Assembly (NCBI GenBank): GCA_030324005.1
Contig: JARDVH010000042.1
Coordinates: forward strand, 88,906,692 to 88,970,691
Direction of reading: 5' to 3'
Length of the DNA stretch: 64,000 bases
Source: Negaprion brevirostris
Taxonomy: Eukaryota
Shown here: positions 1 through 12,600 of the stretch, piece after piece
Layout of the letters: each line of letters opens with the position of its first letter
Numbering within the stretch: the first letter of the stretch is position 1
Notes under the pieces: model-generated
The model's database searches: none
Told to the model about the DNA's origin: nothing
Seen by the model: the letters and a program-made list of their open reading frames with translations, nothing else
Made by a program: the position numbers and the translations under genes

Positions 1-1257
1 GTAATCTTGTTGCTTTTAAGGTTTCAAGGTCAGTAGTGCTTTTACTGGAGCCACTGTTAACTGCAGTTCATACAAACTGACTAGGGAGGGAAAAACACTC
101 TTTCCATAACCTGTATGGCAAGCAGTTGTGGCTAAGAACTGTTAAAAGTCCAAAGTAATGAACTGATTTTTGGAACACACTGGGTATGAAGGGATGATTT
201 TTAAACAAAAGCCAACCAGAGAAAGGCCCTTAATGCTTTATTGTTCCTCCTTTCCCCACTCCTTTATCTTCATGATGATGTAGCCAAAGTTGTTCAAGTT
301 TAGATTGTCTAGTACACATGTTAAAATGGTGGAGAAAGCATAGTTTTGCTCCAGCTCAAAAACTGTTCCCCTCCCATTTATAGCACTAGCTGTCCTTGCC
401 TAAGCATTCCGATCAAATTTTCCTTTATAGTTCAATTAATTTGCTGCTTCAAATGTTAACTTTTCCCACAGCTGTGCTTATTAATTTCGAGATCACATCT
501 CAGTTGATAAACTAATAGCACAAATGTGCACTTGTGCTTATCTGCACTGCTCTTTGTTCTGTTGCTGTTATTGTTCTGAAGGATGCTCTTTCAAGTTGGC
601 TTGTCAATGTGATTGCACCNNNNNNNNNNCACCACACTGCAGAAATCCAACTCGTGATTGAAACCTTTCTTTTAATACACTACGGAAAACCACTTGTGTG
701 AACTGGAAAGTGTCTATTTGTAGTGGCATGGTTGGTTGGCTGGCGATTATAAAATTTCTCTATTTTAATTTGGGTGCAGTCATGAAGAATCTGCATGCAA
801 CACTGCATTCTCATGGCAGATGAACAGTGTCAGGAAGAAACAGTACTGTGGAAGTGACAGTCTACTACCTTCCAGCATGTGATTACTGAATATGTAAAAG
901 GGAAAAAAAAATCACACCCGGTGAATGCTTTTGCTCCAACCTGCAAAAAGGAAACAGCTGACAAGTCATTATGACGACAGCATTGCTCATTTATTTTTAA
1001 TAAGCATCACCATGGTAAAGAATTTCCAGGGGGAGGGATTGGGGTTGTCACTAGGAAACACAAGATATTTTGCATTCATGCAGGCTGTGTTGCGAAGAGT
1101 GGCTGTTTTTCTCTCCAATACTGACACAAACTTTTACTAAATTACACATGACAAACTGATGACCAATCAATCCAAAGTTTCAGCCCAGAAAACCTTAAAT
1201 AACAGAACTTGCCGTGGAATAATGTGAATATCAGTATGATTGCTGTGATGGGGTGGG

Positions 1258-1724
1258 GAAGGATTTTGCATTTTGTGCTGGGACCCTGACCTTGGATGTA
1301 AATGGAGGTTGACCGCACACTATGTAACAAGCGACAGTGATCAATTAGTCAGAGGGCATGCTTGCGTTCCAGTTAAAGACTGTGGGCTGGCTTTCAAAGC
1401 TAGACTGCCAATAGGAGGAAGGAGTTGCNNNNNNNNNNGATCCAGCATATCCATTTTTTGGGGGGGGGGGTGGCCGCGGCGGCGGGGGGGCGGGGTTTGG
1501 GGCAGAGAGAAGGCACCTCTATCAAAAAGCTCTCTCCCTCTGCCAGTGGGAGACCGCCTTCAGGTAGCTGCATTTTTTAATTGCAAGGGGACCAGGGCTC
1601 AAAAGGCAGTTGGAAAACTTCAAATAGCCTCTCTGATTCGTGGCTTTAACTGATTAAAAAGATAAGCAACCTGCTGATTGAATGGGTAACTGTTCGGCCC
1701 CCAATCCATCTGTCAGAAAATTTA
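1258..1724. mobile_element. Non-autonomous DNA element (MITE-like), same family as 2453-3260
   Basis: Left ~90 bp (ttttgcattttgtgctgggaccctgaccttggatgtaaatggaggttgacc) is clearly homologous to 2457-2530; G-rich interior; ends near gaaaattt. Confidence 0.5.
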
Positions 1725-2084
1725 CTTGTGGGGAGGGGGATGGTACAGCAAACTGGCGCTCCTGATTGGTAGTGCAAGATTACATGCCCATTCACCTCCA
1801 TTCTTGACCTGTATTGAGGTGATAATCCTGTCCATGGTGCTGATTTGTGGCTAAAGCCAGAGGGAACCTGTTCTTCAGGCATCTTCTGAGGTACTTGACA
1901 ATGGCTATCATATGTCTGAAATATTGTCAAACATGTCAGCATTTTAAAACTTAGAAAAGAGACCTCCATTAAAAGAGGAGTTTTTATTCACAAGGTCTTG
2001 AGGATAATACCATTTATGATGACACGCCTCCTGTGGCGTTGCTCACTATGAAACGGAAGATATTGAGTTGGAGCAGTGTTGGAG

Positions 2085-2452
2085 CCTCAAACTTTTTATA
2101 GTTTATATAAGTGACTTGGATGAAGGGATTGAAGAATGGTTGCTAAATTTGCTGATGACACAAAAATAGGTAGGAAAGTAAATTGCGAAGAGGACATAAG
2201 GAGGCTACAAAAGAATAAAGATAAGTTAAATAGACAAATATCAGGCAAGAGGAGTATAATGTCAGAAAATCTGAAATTGCTCATTTTAGCAGGAAGAATA
2301 AAAATTGAACTTATTATCTAAATGAGTGCATGAATCATAAAAGGCTAGTACACAGGTACATCAAGAAATGAGGAAAGCTAATCGAATATCATCATTTATA
2401 GTGAGGGGAATTGATGATAAAAATAAGGAGATTATGCTTCAGTTGTATAAGG
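2085..2452 (+). mobile_element. CR1 LINE ORF2 (RT) fragment, degenerate
   Basis: Translation MVAKFADDTKIGRKVNCEEDIRRLQ contains the CR1 FADDTK RT motif; continues to MLQLYK. Confidence 0.9.
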
Positions 2453-3260
2453 TAGAATTTTGCATATTGTGTTGGAACCCTGATCTTGGACACAAATGGA
2501 GGTTGACCCTATACCATGTAACCAAGCAATGATTAATAATACAGGGCATCAGGGAGACCATGGCCACGATTTTTCAAAAAAAAGAAACAAGTCTCATAAT
2601 GATGAAAAAACTGGAGCTCAAACCAGACCACAATCGTGCCACTCTTGGTCATTTTTTTGGGAGTGTGGTGAGTTTCTTACCGATTCTGGGAAGGGTGGGC
2701 TGTGAGCTCAGCTGCAAAGCAGTCAGGCGCTGCTTTGGAAAGATGCTTTGATCTCTCAGCGCACTGGGAAAATCCCTCCCTGCCCCATGGACATTGACCC
2801 TCCACCCATGCCAACCCTAACCCCTACATGCTCTACCCTGACCCCACCGCTTGGCAGTATCCCTGGTACAGTTGGACTCTGCCAGATGGGCACAGCCCAG
2901 CCATGTCCCCGACTACTGGGGGGGGCTTCAATAGCTTCTGAGCCTCCCATAGCCATCACACCCAATCTCCTTTAGTGGAGTCTAGTAGTGATTCTGGCTG
3001 GCCTCATGCCACACCGAAAGTTGGAATATTTCAGGAACTGGGAGAATCCGGTGTTGAACGATTTAAGCATATTTAAGTGCTAGTCTAAATATGCTAATCA
3101 ACCTCATGCCCTCTCTGGGTGCAACCTGGTTTGCGCCATTAGAAAGCAGCCAGAATGATTGCAAACCGTTTGGTGGGTGTAAAACCGATTTTTTTTTGGT
3201 TCACTTGCTATTCTCTGTGATCGTACGTTATGCACTAGACGAGGTGAGGTCGGAAAATAC
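2453..3260. mobile_element. Non-autonomous DNA element inserted into CR1
   Basis: Interrupts CR1 collinearity between LQLYK and PYLRK-like segments; starts agaattttgc; homologous to 1258-1350. Confidence 0.55.
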
Positions 3261-3690
3261 CTTATTTAAGGAAAGGTCTAAATGTGTTACAAGCAGTTCA
3301 GAGAAAATTTTCTCGACTAATACCCAGAATGAGTGGATTGTCTTGTGAGGAAAGGTTTGACATGTTAAGTTTGTATCCACTGGAGTTTAGAAGAATAAGA
3401 AGCAACTTTGATTGAAACCTTTAAGATCCTTAGGGGTATTGACAGGATGTTTCCTCTTGTAAGAGAACCTAAAGCTTGGGGCACTTTTTAAAAAGGACGT
3501 TACTTATTTAAGATGGAGATGAAAAATCTCTTAGAATCTTGAGTCCCTGGAACTCTCTTTGTCAAAGGCACTGGAGGCAGAATCTTTGAATATTTTTAAG
3601 GCTGAGCTCGATAGATTCTTGAATGACAAAGGGGTGAAACGTTACTGGGCGTAGGCAGGATTAGGGATTAAATCAATTCTGATCCTCAAA
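3261..3690 (+). mobile_element. CR1 LINE 3' fragment (continuation of 2085-2452)
   Basis: cttatttaaggaaag...gcagttcagagaaaatttt...gaggaaagg...ctggagtttagaagaataagaagc match the CR1 ORF2 C-terminus and 3' UTR. Confidence 0.85.
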
Positions 3691-4164
3691 TTTCCCTGCA
3701 GTTAAAATTCAGTGAGGGAGCTCAAAACGCTTCTTTTCACTATTGATGGGCAGCTCCTGCAAACTGCTGGGACAAGCCTGTGCCTAAAAACATGTCTCAA
3801 AAATTTTGGGCGTCCAGTGAATTTTATGTTCTTTCCGCTTCTGACACCATAACTTGGGTAGACAGTACTTTTACCTGATTTTTCTTGGGTTATTACCAAT
3901 CTTGCACCAAAGTTATGTTGATTAATTTGGAAAATCTCCAACTAAATTGCCAGTGAGTAAATGTAACCATCTGTTTATCGTTCTACCTGTCTAGTTATTT
4001 ATGCCTAATATATCATTTACTGGGATAGCAATTGATTTACACTTGATTTTTCAAAACTGAACCAAATGATATTTTATTGATGGCTCATTTGATCCTTGTG
4101 GTGACTGTTCCTGACCTCCACAGTTCTGTTCCTAACCTCTGGCTCTTTAACCGTACTTATCTGC

Positions 4165-5073
4165 TGTGATGATACTTTGCCTTTAAGAAATGTATTTCAG
4201 TTCTGTTTCTGTGCTGACTGTGTTTATTAGTCCCTTCCATTTTATTGGGGCTGTTTTGTCTGGATCCAGCAGCACCGTATTGCTTCTACAGCAGTATAAT
4301 TGATCTTAATTGCTGCAATGTTTGTTTTAATCCAAACTAATGCAGAGTTCTGTTGTTTTGTGTTTTCCCCTGGGATATTTCAGAATGGGGCTTGATTAGT
4401 TTGATTGACCGATAAGGTCGTATGACTGGGTGGGGGCTAGGCTTTCACAGAGAGCTCAAAGCAGTCTATTTTTGGGCCCTTTTAGAGAGAGGTTGTGTTC
4501 TTTGGAACTCTTTCTCTGTTTGAAGTAGAGATTGGAATCTGACAACGAATGAGCGTTTTCCTCTGAGATTCTACTCTTTGTGGATGGAGCTTTCTCTTGA
4601 AGTTGCTGTATGAGAATTAGGAGACCAGTGTCTGTCAGGATCACTCTCCAGAAGTATCAAAAGGCTGGAAATTGCATACCTACATAAGCATCTTTTGGTT
4701 TCGGTGCTAACTGGCTGTAAAGAATGAATCCATGTCTGTGGGGGACACTGCTAAATTGGAATAGTAGAGATAGCTATCTTTAAGAATTAGAGTTTGCCAT
4801 TTTTAAGTATTGTAATTGGCTAAAGTTATGTTAATTATTTTTGTTATATTCTTTAGTCAAAATAAACTTAAGTACATAGTTAGAATAAAGCAAAAAATTA
4901 GCAAAACTTTTACCAAATGAAGTTTATTTTGACAAAAGCTTCCTAGTGGGTCACTAGAATCATATCTGGAGTGAAACACCTTATGTTCACCCTAATGCCA
5001 AAATCAAATGTAAAAGTTAGGGTCTAGGCTAACTTCATAAAATACTTTGGAGTTTCTGATCTGGTCCATAACA
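4165..5073 (+). mobile_element. Solo LTR (909 bp) with 4-bp TSD
   Basis: Starts TGTGATG, ends CATAACA (imperfect terminal IR); CTGC directly repeated at 4161-4164 and 5074-5077; AATAAA near 4860 and 4884; no internal coding sequence. Confidence 0.8.
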
Positions 5074-5719
5074 CTGCTTTGTAGCTTAGATCCATGAGTA
5101 CCTCAGTTCTTGGTCACAGAGTCTTTCCCATTCTTGACAGGCTTGTTCTGCAGGAACCAGAGAACAAACTCCCACCTTTGCTTATACTCAGGCCTCGCAT
5201 GTTGTTCTACCTGCAGGTTTATGATGCTGCTACTCTTTGCTCCCTCCTTATTCATCTCTCTGTTATCCAACTCGTGCTTCAGACCACCTCTGAGCAATGC
5301 GAGATTTACAACTCCATAATCATTTGTCCATTTCATCCACATCACATCCCAATTAGTATGTGGGGAGGGGTGTTGACAGTGTTACAGCTTTTGATATAAA
5401 TATAAAACAGATTCATAGCAGAAGCGATAGTTTATTTTTTTAAGCATAAAAAACTTTCATTTCTGCTTAAAATGCAGATTTGGTTCTGAGTTGTTGATTA
5501 ATGGCAATTTTTTTTATCTCTAGAAAGTCTTTCAATTTTGCTGTGGAGGATAGAAGTCAAAAGAAAGCAGCCTAGTCATAATCCTAGCAGCTCCTGGACA
5601 TTGGGAATAGCTGATTGCTGACCGAAAAATAAATTGGCTCTATACTGTTCATTTCTGCCCCTGTCGTGCTAACACTTGAAGTTTTCCAAGCTCATAACTG
5701 ACTTGTCAGACAATAGCTG

Positions 5720-6500
5720 GGAACAGCTGCACAAATTCCTTATTAAGGACCTTAACAAGTAGCACCGACATGCTCCTGCATTTTTATTTGCTAATAAGGG
5801 GAGTTGAGGGGAGCCATGGTAAGTATAGTCCCTGCTGGGAGAGGGAGATGTCCAAGCAGTGCTGAGTGGCCCACCCTGCCACAGGATGCCACTGGAAACT
5901 GATGCCAGCCTGTGCCAACCTAGCAGTGCCATCCTGTGCTTGGATGCAGTGCCAAGGCAGACTCTCTGGGTAGCCCAATTTAAGGGCTTTCCCATTGTGT
6001 GGTTGGTCAGCGGGGTGGTGCAGTGAGAGCATGTAAAGGACGTTGATGGAGGGGTCCTCGGTGGGTGTGAGGGGGTGCTGACAATGAGTGGAGGAGCGCT
6101 GGTGATACTACTGCCATTATTGTTGGTGGGAAGCCTGTAATAACTGCCAGTGTGGTGGTCGAGTGTGGGTGGAGTGGTGGGGGGGAAGATGGATAAGAGC
6201 TTGTGATACGGTTGGGTGGGTGGGGGGTGGGGTGGGGGCGGAGAAGAGCCCTTGATAATTGTGCCAATGAGGTGGGGAAGAGTAGTGAAGGGAGCCCCTG
6301 ACGCATTCGTGGTGGGGGTTAGGGGCTCACTGGGGGGAGTTTCACCACCGTTCTGATGGGACAGCCTTTACTGTTGGAGCCACAGTCTGTGGAGTCCTTT
6401 ATCAGTTCTACTAGGCCTCGCTCTGCCAGACTGATTATGTAAACCACATCCCTCAATTTTCTATTTGCCAGAGTGGCTGTAATGGAGCAAGGTATGGCTC
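5720..6500. repeat. GC/G-rich interspersed repeat, probably a non-autonomous DNA element
   Basis: Abrupt shift to G-rich sequence with tgcc-rich motifs; resembles the interiors of 2750-3000 and 40480-40860 in reverse. Confidence 0.35.
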
Positions 6501-6614
6501 GAACTCTTGTCACTGAATTCTCAAAAGCTTATTAACAGAATAATAATGCAGAGCAAGGATAAAGGTCTGAACTCCACAGGCACAAAACCGACGAGCCTTG
6601 GCAAGTCTGAGTGT

Positions 6615-6828
6615 GCCCCCAATTCTCTGGCTGTTTATGCCAGCGGGATACTCCGGTCCTGCCAATAGCGCATCTCCCCCTTTCCAAGGATTCTGCAGCA
6701 GTGTGGGGTAACATCAATGAAAAATCCCATTGACAGTGGCAGGACCAGAGAATTCTACCGCTAGTGAAGAACATGCCACATTCCACTGCTCGGGAACATG
6801 CGGCTGGGAGGCTAGAGAAACTTGCCCC
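6615..6828. mobile_element. Short MITE-like element
   Basis: Ends ccccaattctctggc...gctagagaaacttgcccc form an imperfect IR; internal ccattga...ggcaggaccag motif is shared with 51728-51856. Confidence 0.5.
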
Positions 6829-7419
6829 TGGTCTGAAAGCTTAGTGATGCATCTGGAGAGATGCACCTTAGTTTTCAGTCAAAGCATTCTGATAAATAAT
6901 GGGAAAATTCTGCCCTGTATTTGTACATTTATGCCTGTGTTACGAAGTACTGTTGGTCTATCACTATTTGATGCAACAGCAGAAGAGAATCTGGTGAGCT
7001 CTAACTCTAATGTGATAACAAACCTGAGATTTAACGAATGCCTCAATGCCTGTTTGAATGTTTGCAGAAGGTTCTTTCTCCCTGATCAAGAGTTGGACTT
7101 GTAGCCTGGCGGTATTGTTCAGGCACTCGCCATCTCATCAATGTTGAAAATTTCAGCTTGCATTTTATTACATCTTCTTTAAAATGAAGACAAGATTTTC
7201 CAAAATTATAAATGTAAAGTAGATAAAAAGCTAAAGTTATTTCATCCTGTCATGTTGAGATTTTTTGCTGATTTGGCAGCAAAGGAATTTTGGGGTTAAA
7301 TCTAACCAAAAAGCTAATTCCAGTCACATAACCAATGTTGTGCTTTCCTGCTAACCCCATGACGTGCAGCAGGGTCAGTCCTGAGGACACTGTCTCAGCC
7401 CTGAAATACTTTACATAAT

Positions 7420-7522
7420 GGCAAAGTCGGGAGTGGGACTAGGTAATCTGTTCTTAGAGAGCTGACATGGATGCCAGGGGCTGAATAGCCTCCTTTTTGT
7501 GCTGTAACCACTCAGTAATTCT
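7420..7522 (+). mobile_element. CR1-type 3' tail fragment
   Basis: ggggctgaatagcctcct...tgtgctgtaa, the 3' end shared by CR1 and SINEs. Confidence 0.6.
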
Positions 7523-8083
7523 GAAGTAACTACCAGGAATTGACCGTCCATTTTTGGGATCATACTGGTACTTTATTGGCTGGGAACACTGCTGTTTGTT
7601 CATATATTTGGTGTAATGGTTTACAGCTGTCCTCACCTCAGGAGGGAGAAAGGCAGAAACAACTTCCAAAAGATAGGCACAACATGTACAGGATCATATG
7701 CAGTTTATACAATAGGGATCCTGTACCCAATATATACTTATGATTGATTGTAAAGGGCACAGGCCTGCAAATGGAAGAAGCTCATGCCAAATGTTTGGAA
7801 CACATATTGTAAATTGGAAAAGGATGAATGAAGCTTATGTTGTTCGATCACCATTAGACTTTTCTTACCTTTTTTTGTACCTTTTGCTTTGTAAGAACAT
7901 TCTTGAAAATTGAAACCAAAATGTAAATTGCCCTTTTAAACCTTAGGACAAACTAAAATGTGGCTAAAGTTTTGGAGCAAACAACTCATCTAAAATTTAT
8001 CCAAAAATGGTCTGGGTGAGTTTTCATTGTAAATCTCACGCTCACTCATCAGGGCGATGGAGGCAATTGTNNNNNNNNNNNNN

Positions 8084-8290
8084 AGCTGTCTAGGTTCCCC
8101 TCGTCGTCAGGTGAATAGAGAGTTCTGGCCTCAGACAGTACATATAACAGTCCCTGTCTGTGCTGTTATATGTACTGTCTGAGGCCAGAACTGTCCATTC
8201 ACCTGATGAAGAGGGGAACCTTGAAAGCCAGTGACTTTACTATCAAATAAATCGGTTGGACTTAAACCTGGCGTTGTCAGACTTCTTATG
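8084..8290. mobile_element. Foldback Penelope-like pseudo-LTR unit with two inverted degenerate hammerhead motifs
   Basis: IR 8084-8150 / 8163-8229 with a perfect 30-bp core; tcacCTGATGAagaggggaaccttGAAAgccagtga on +; tail aaataaatcggttggacttaaacctggcgttgtcagacttctt matches the Penelope end at 21458-21498. Confidence 0.8.
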
Positions 8291-9367
8291 ACATTTGCAA
8301 CACCATGACTAAAATGCCATACCAGTTGTAAGCCTAGAAATAAGATGCTAAACTATTTTTATGACTGAAACATAGCTTTTATTACTGAAAGTTACCAAAG
8401 AGGGAAAGAAGGATGTACTATACTGTAGCATGTAATGCAATGTGGCACCAGCCAGCACAACAGAGGCCATCTTTCATCTGCTGTATATTAACCTGTCATA
8501 AGAATGTTTTCCTTGACCTTGATAGCAGCAGTCGCAAATTTAAGAAAGCAAAATTGGGCAAGCAAGGCAAGCTGCTCTTACTGTTGGAATTGTATTGTAT
8601 TTTCATATTTTGTGTCATGCAGGAGTGCCTTACTGGAATGTAAACCAGTAGATAGTTTGAAAGGCAGAAAGCAAATGAGTATTACTTGCATCATCCCAGT
8701 ATATAATAATCAAAGCCCTTAGTATAGTAACACTGCATTGTAGGAACACATTAAGTTATCTACCAATGAAATGCTGTAAATCTGTTTTCCTATCCTTCTG
8801 TGATCATGAAGTAATAATCTGTATTTATATCATATACGTTTTGATCTTCATTAAGTATGGTTTCAGTAAGGCTGTTAATTATAAATGTGCACTCCTTTAG
8901 AAAGGTCAATGTTGTAGTCATGGGGAAGCACATTTTTTTCTCTCTCACGAACAACTGCTTCGTGGTCTGAGAGAAATGAAAACAAAATTCTCGGAGTTCT
9001 TTGTCACGTGAGTACTGCAGCAGCATCAAGGTGGCAGCTTGTGTGATGTCATTGCACCAAATAAATTTCACGTTAGAATTCANNNNNNNNNNACAAAGCC
9101 AATTGCCTTCTATACACATTTACTTCAATGTATCGTGCCTACAATGTTATAACCCCAGGAGTTTTAAATCTTTAAGAATTCTGCAGTGGCTTTAAAGCAG
9201 AGCAACTGTTGGTGCATGAGAGATCTGCACCTAGGTGTCTTTAGCGCCTTAAATAAATTACATAGCATGGTGAAGGGAGAAAGAATTGCTGCGATATCAC
9301 AAAGACATTCACCATTAATTTCCACTTTAACTAAAGCAGAGGACACATGGATATTCCAGAGAAACCC

Positions 9368-9900
9368 AGCTGGATTTTCACCAAGTCTGGATGACTTGGG
9401 AACCCTTTTTAGAAATTGCGACCAGGATCTGATTTTTGGGATTCTTGACCCCATTCCCCTGGTTTCCCATTTTCAGGAATGCCTTTTAAGGGTGTGGGCT
9501 GTTTCAGGGCAAAGGCCCTGCACGCTGAACTCCCAACCCACCCGGCTTCACTGCAGGGATTGGCATGTCCTTGTCCTCTGCAATTTTAATAGAGTTGGGC
9601 CAGGTTTTCAGTGAGTGGTGGTTTTCAGACCCTTGGAAGTGTCATGGACTATAGTGCATAATGCAAGTTCAAAAGATCCTCCTTGTGTCCAATGGTGTGC
9701 CCCTCACTCGCCCTCCATGGCCCCTCATTCTAAGGTATTCCTTCCAAACAACTCCTGTGGTCACTCATGCTGCTATACCCAAGCCGTAGCTTTTGCATGT
9801 CTGTTGATGCACAATATACTGTATAGAACAAATGAACTCTAAATGACAATAATCTATATTAAAAAAAAGTTTTTAAAAAATTAGTTCAAATCTTTACAAT
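9368..9900. mobile_element. Non-autonomous DNA element (left terminus gctggattttc)
   Basis: Terminus resembles the GGC(T/G)GGATTTT ends of other MITE-like elements in the window. Confidence 0.35.
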
Positions 9901-9909
9901 ATATAACAA

Positions 9910-12212
9910 AAAGTCCTTAACTATATAGCAATAGCTGAAAAACAGTTGTGCACCTGGATTGTGGAAATTCTAGTTTGGATTTTGTGGATCAGCTGTGATT
10001 CCAGTGGCTTGTACAATGTGGTCTAGAAACTTGACCACAGGTTTAGTGAACTCACATTTTTCAATTAATGTTGTGCCTGCTATGTGTAAGACTCTCAGGA
10101 CTGCTGTGACCTTGTGATCATCCTCTTCTCTGGAGAAACCATGTACCAGTATGTCGTCCAAATGGCATGTCACTCCTTCCCTGCCTTCTAATATTTGTGC
10201 AGGCTCATTTCCATACCTGCCAATGTTATTCATGAAGATCTGCCTTCTCAACTTTGCCCCTCACCTGAGGTGTGCTCACACACTGATTAAATCACCAGGA
10301 GTCAGCTCTCCCCCTAAAATGGTCATCTGCATTTATCGTGACTTTACCTCTAAGGTTTGAGATATTGTTCTCTTGGAATAACGTCTGTTCCAGACGTCTC
10401 AAATGGCAATTCATTGTAATAATAAAGATCAGATGGCCTCACAAATATGGTCAGCACACTGGATTTTTTGTCAAGACTTAACTGCCAAATTCCACTATTC
10501 TCATCCACTTTGGTAAGTAAATTGCTTTGGCTAGTTTAGTAAGTTCTGAACCATTGAAGCCATTGGGTGGCTCTTGTGTTCAGCTGTTTTGTTTGGTTGA
10601 GTTAAAGCCACGGATTTTTATGGAACCTGTTTAGACTTGGGACTGTGACAATTTTGTTGGCATGGTGACTGGTGAGAGAACGTCTTGCTGCGTTCAAGAG
10701 CGGGTGAAGGATTTTCTTTGGTGCAAAGAAGCAAATTGGCATCAGCTTGCAGGGTGATATGGTATTTGGTCTTTAATTTTCTTAACCTTGGGAACAATTT
10801 TGGAAATTAATTTACAAATGTACCACGGTAGTTCTTAAAAGCAACTTCATCCACTTTCAGATAACCTTCAGTGTTAGGTATGCTTTTCTGCTTTGTAGAA
10901 AGTGTTCTTGATGTTAAATCAGAGAGATTTGAGGGTTTCCTTCTCTTTGTACTTCAACTTTATGATTTGGCCTTTGACTTTAGGCCAGGACCCTGTAATT
11001 TAATAGATGTGGGTTGCAATGTAATCTGTTTGAGCCATTTGACATCATCTGATAAAATGAAACCCCTGTTCCTGTGTCTAATTTAAACTCTGATGATGTG
11101 GCCATCCACTTTGAAACTAAATACTGGAGTATTCAATGTCATTTACATTCCCAAGGCAGGTTAGTTCCTTTGATTGTGGGGTTCTTCTATTTCTCATTTT
11201 GAATTAAAATGTGCTTCTACTTCTTACAGGTTGTCAGTGTTTTGAAGGATAACCCGTTTTGAAGTGATCCATTTTCCTACAGTTGTGGTTCATTCCCTCT
11301 GCTGGACATTCTTCTTGCTTATGCAGCTTATTCATGCCCCCCACACACACTATTTCAAGATGGTGGTTAGCATGTGTTTCCCTGTTTTGACGGGTTAGGG
11401 CTTTGGCATGCTTTCTGTCTTCTGGCCTGCAAACTGGCCTCAGTTGATCTTCTCCACAGGACCTCTCCTTTTCTACTATTATTAATACTACTCACATTAA
11501 ATCTTCTGTTGTCTGTAAGAGATCTGACGATCTTCGTCAAGGACCCTTACAACAATTCTATCCTAAATCAGTTCATCTCTTTAAGATTCAGTAATCACCA
11601 TTTTGCTGCCAGCCTATATTGATCATTGATGAACAAATCCGTGCTTTTGCTTTCTCTTGGTAAAGTTTAGCCCTTTCAATGGATGCTGAAATATGATCAA
11701 AATCTTGCAGGACTTCTTTGGAAGAAGTTGGACTCTCTCCAACTTTTGCAAGCCTTCAGCACTCTGAAATGGTTCCGGGAGTGGGAGTGTGGTTCCACAC
11801 TTCTACTGTACCCTGATATTGTTCCTGCTCCTTTAGAGCCTGTGTTCATTGTGGCCAGACTCTGGGTTGATGTTTCAGCTTGCATCTGCTGCACCCACAA
11901 TGCTCCAACATCATGATGAATCTTGTATTTGTTCCTTTCAAAAACCTCTGACTTTCCAAGTTGCTAGTTTCTTTTGATGTTCTCTGAATTTTACTTGACA
12001 TTGCCACCAAGTCTCGTTGCGTGGTTGGAGTCCAGATGGAGTTCTTTGGTGCCTGTTTGTTTTTCTAAATTAAGCTGCTTGAGCTGATAGTTTCTTAAAA
12101 TCTTTTGCTCCATGCTTACAGCTACTATATACATATTGGGTTCTCTTCACGAGGTTGGAACTTCTGTATCTTCCAGATCTCTACCTCTCCATCATGTAAT
12201 CTGACATCATTA
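9910..12212 (-). mobile_element. Degenerate Gypsy/Ty3 LTR retrotransposon internal region (gag-protease-RT), truncated after RT
   Basis: Minus-strand RT LEGREGVTCHLDDILVHG...EKCEF...VKFLDHIV..GI.ADP (9970-10250); protease EFKLDTG (~11070-11090); PBS-like TGATGTCAGA at 12200-12209; many stops and frameshifts. Confidence 0.9.
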
Positions 12213-12399
12213 TGATATCAGCATCACCTATGCTGCTTCTGATAAATCTATACTCTCTAACCTCTGCCCCATCTCAAGAGTCTGCGAGGTCAGCAGGGTG
12301 AAGGTAGTGCTGGAAGTCATCTGGGCCTTAATGCTAGTAAGGTGTGCAGTTTCGGAGGAGGGGGAGCTCTCNNNNNNNNNNNNNNNNNNNNNGAAAAGG

Positions 12400-12600
12400 G
12401 AGCAGGAAATATGGTTCAGGAGAGGATATGAAAGCAAAGTCAAAGAAAGGTTGCAAATAGACTTGAAGGTGATAAGAGAGATGGCAAGCTGGGGGGAGAA
12501 TTCCAGCAGCTTAGGGCATAGTTGTGAAAGGAGTGTGGAGTGTTAATTGTGGAACAGAGATCAAGAAATAGATCTGTCAGGGTAGCAGAAGGTGCATACA
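12400..12600 (-). mobile_element. L2 LINE 3' fragment, old
   Basis: gtcaaagaaaggtt...ggagaattccagcagcttagggc resembles the reverse complement of the L2 ...PKLWNSLP... terminus. Confidence 0.5.

Noticed and set aside
2020-2042. CTCF-like motif (cgccacaggaggcg on minus)
   Set aside because: Spacing is one base off the core consensus; cannot be supported without a PWM scan or ChIP data
6007-6306. Pro/His-rich 99-aa ORF
   Set aside because: A by-product of G-rich low-complexity repeat sequence
8030-8062. Minus-strand cctgatgag as another hammerhead
   Set aside because: No stem II or GAAA box follows
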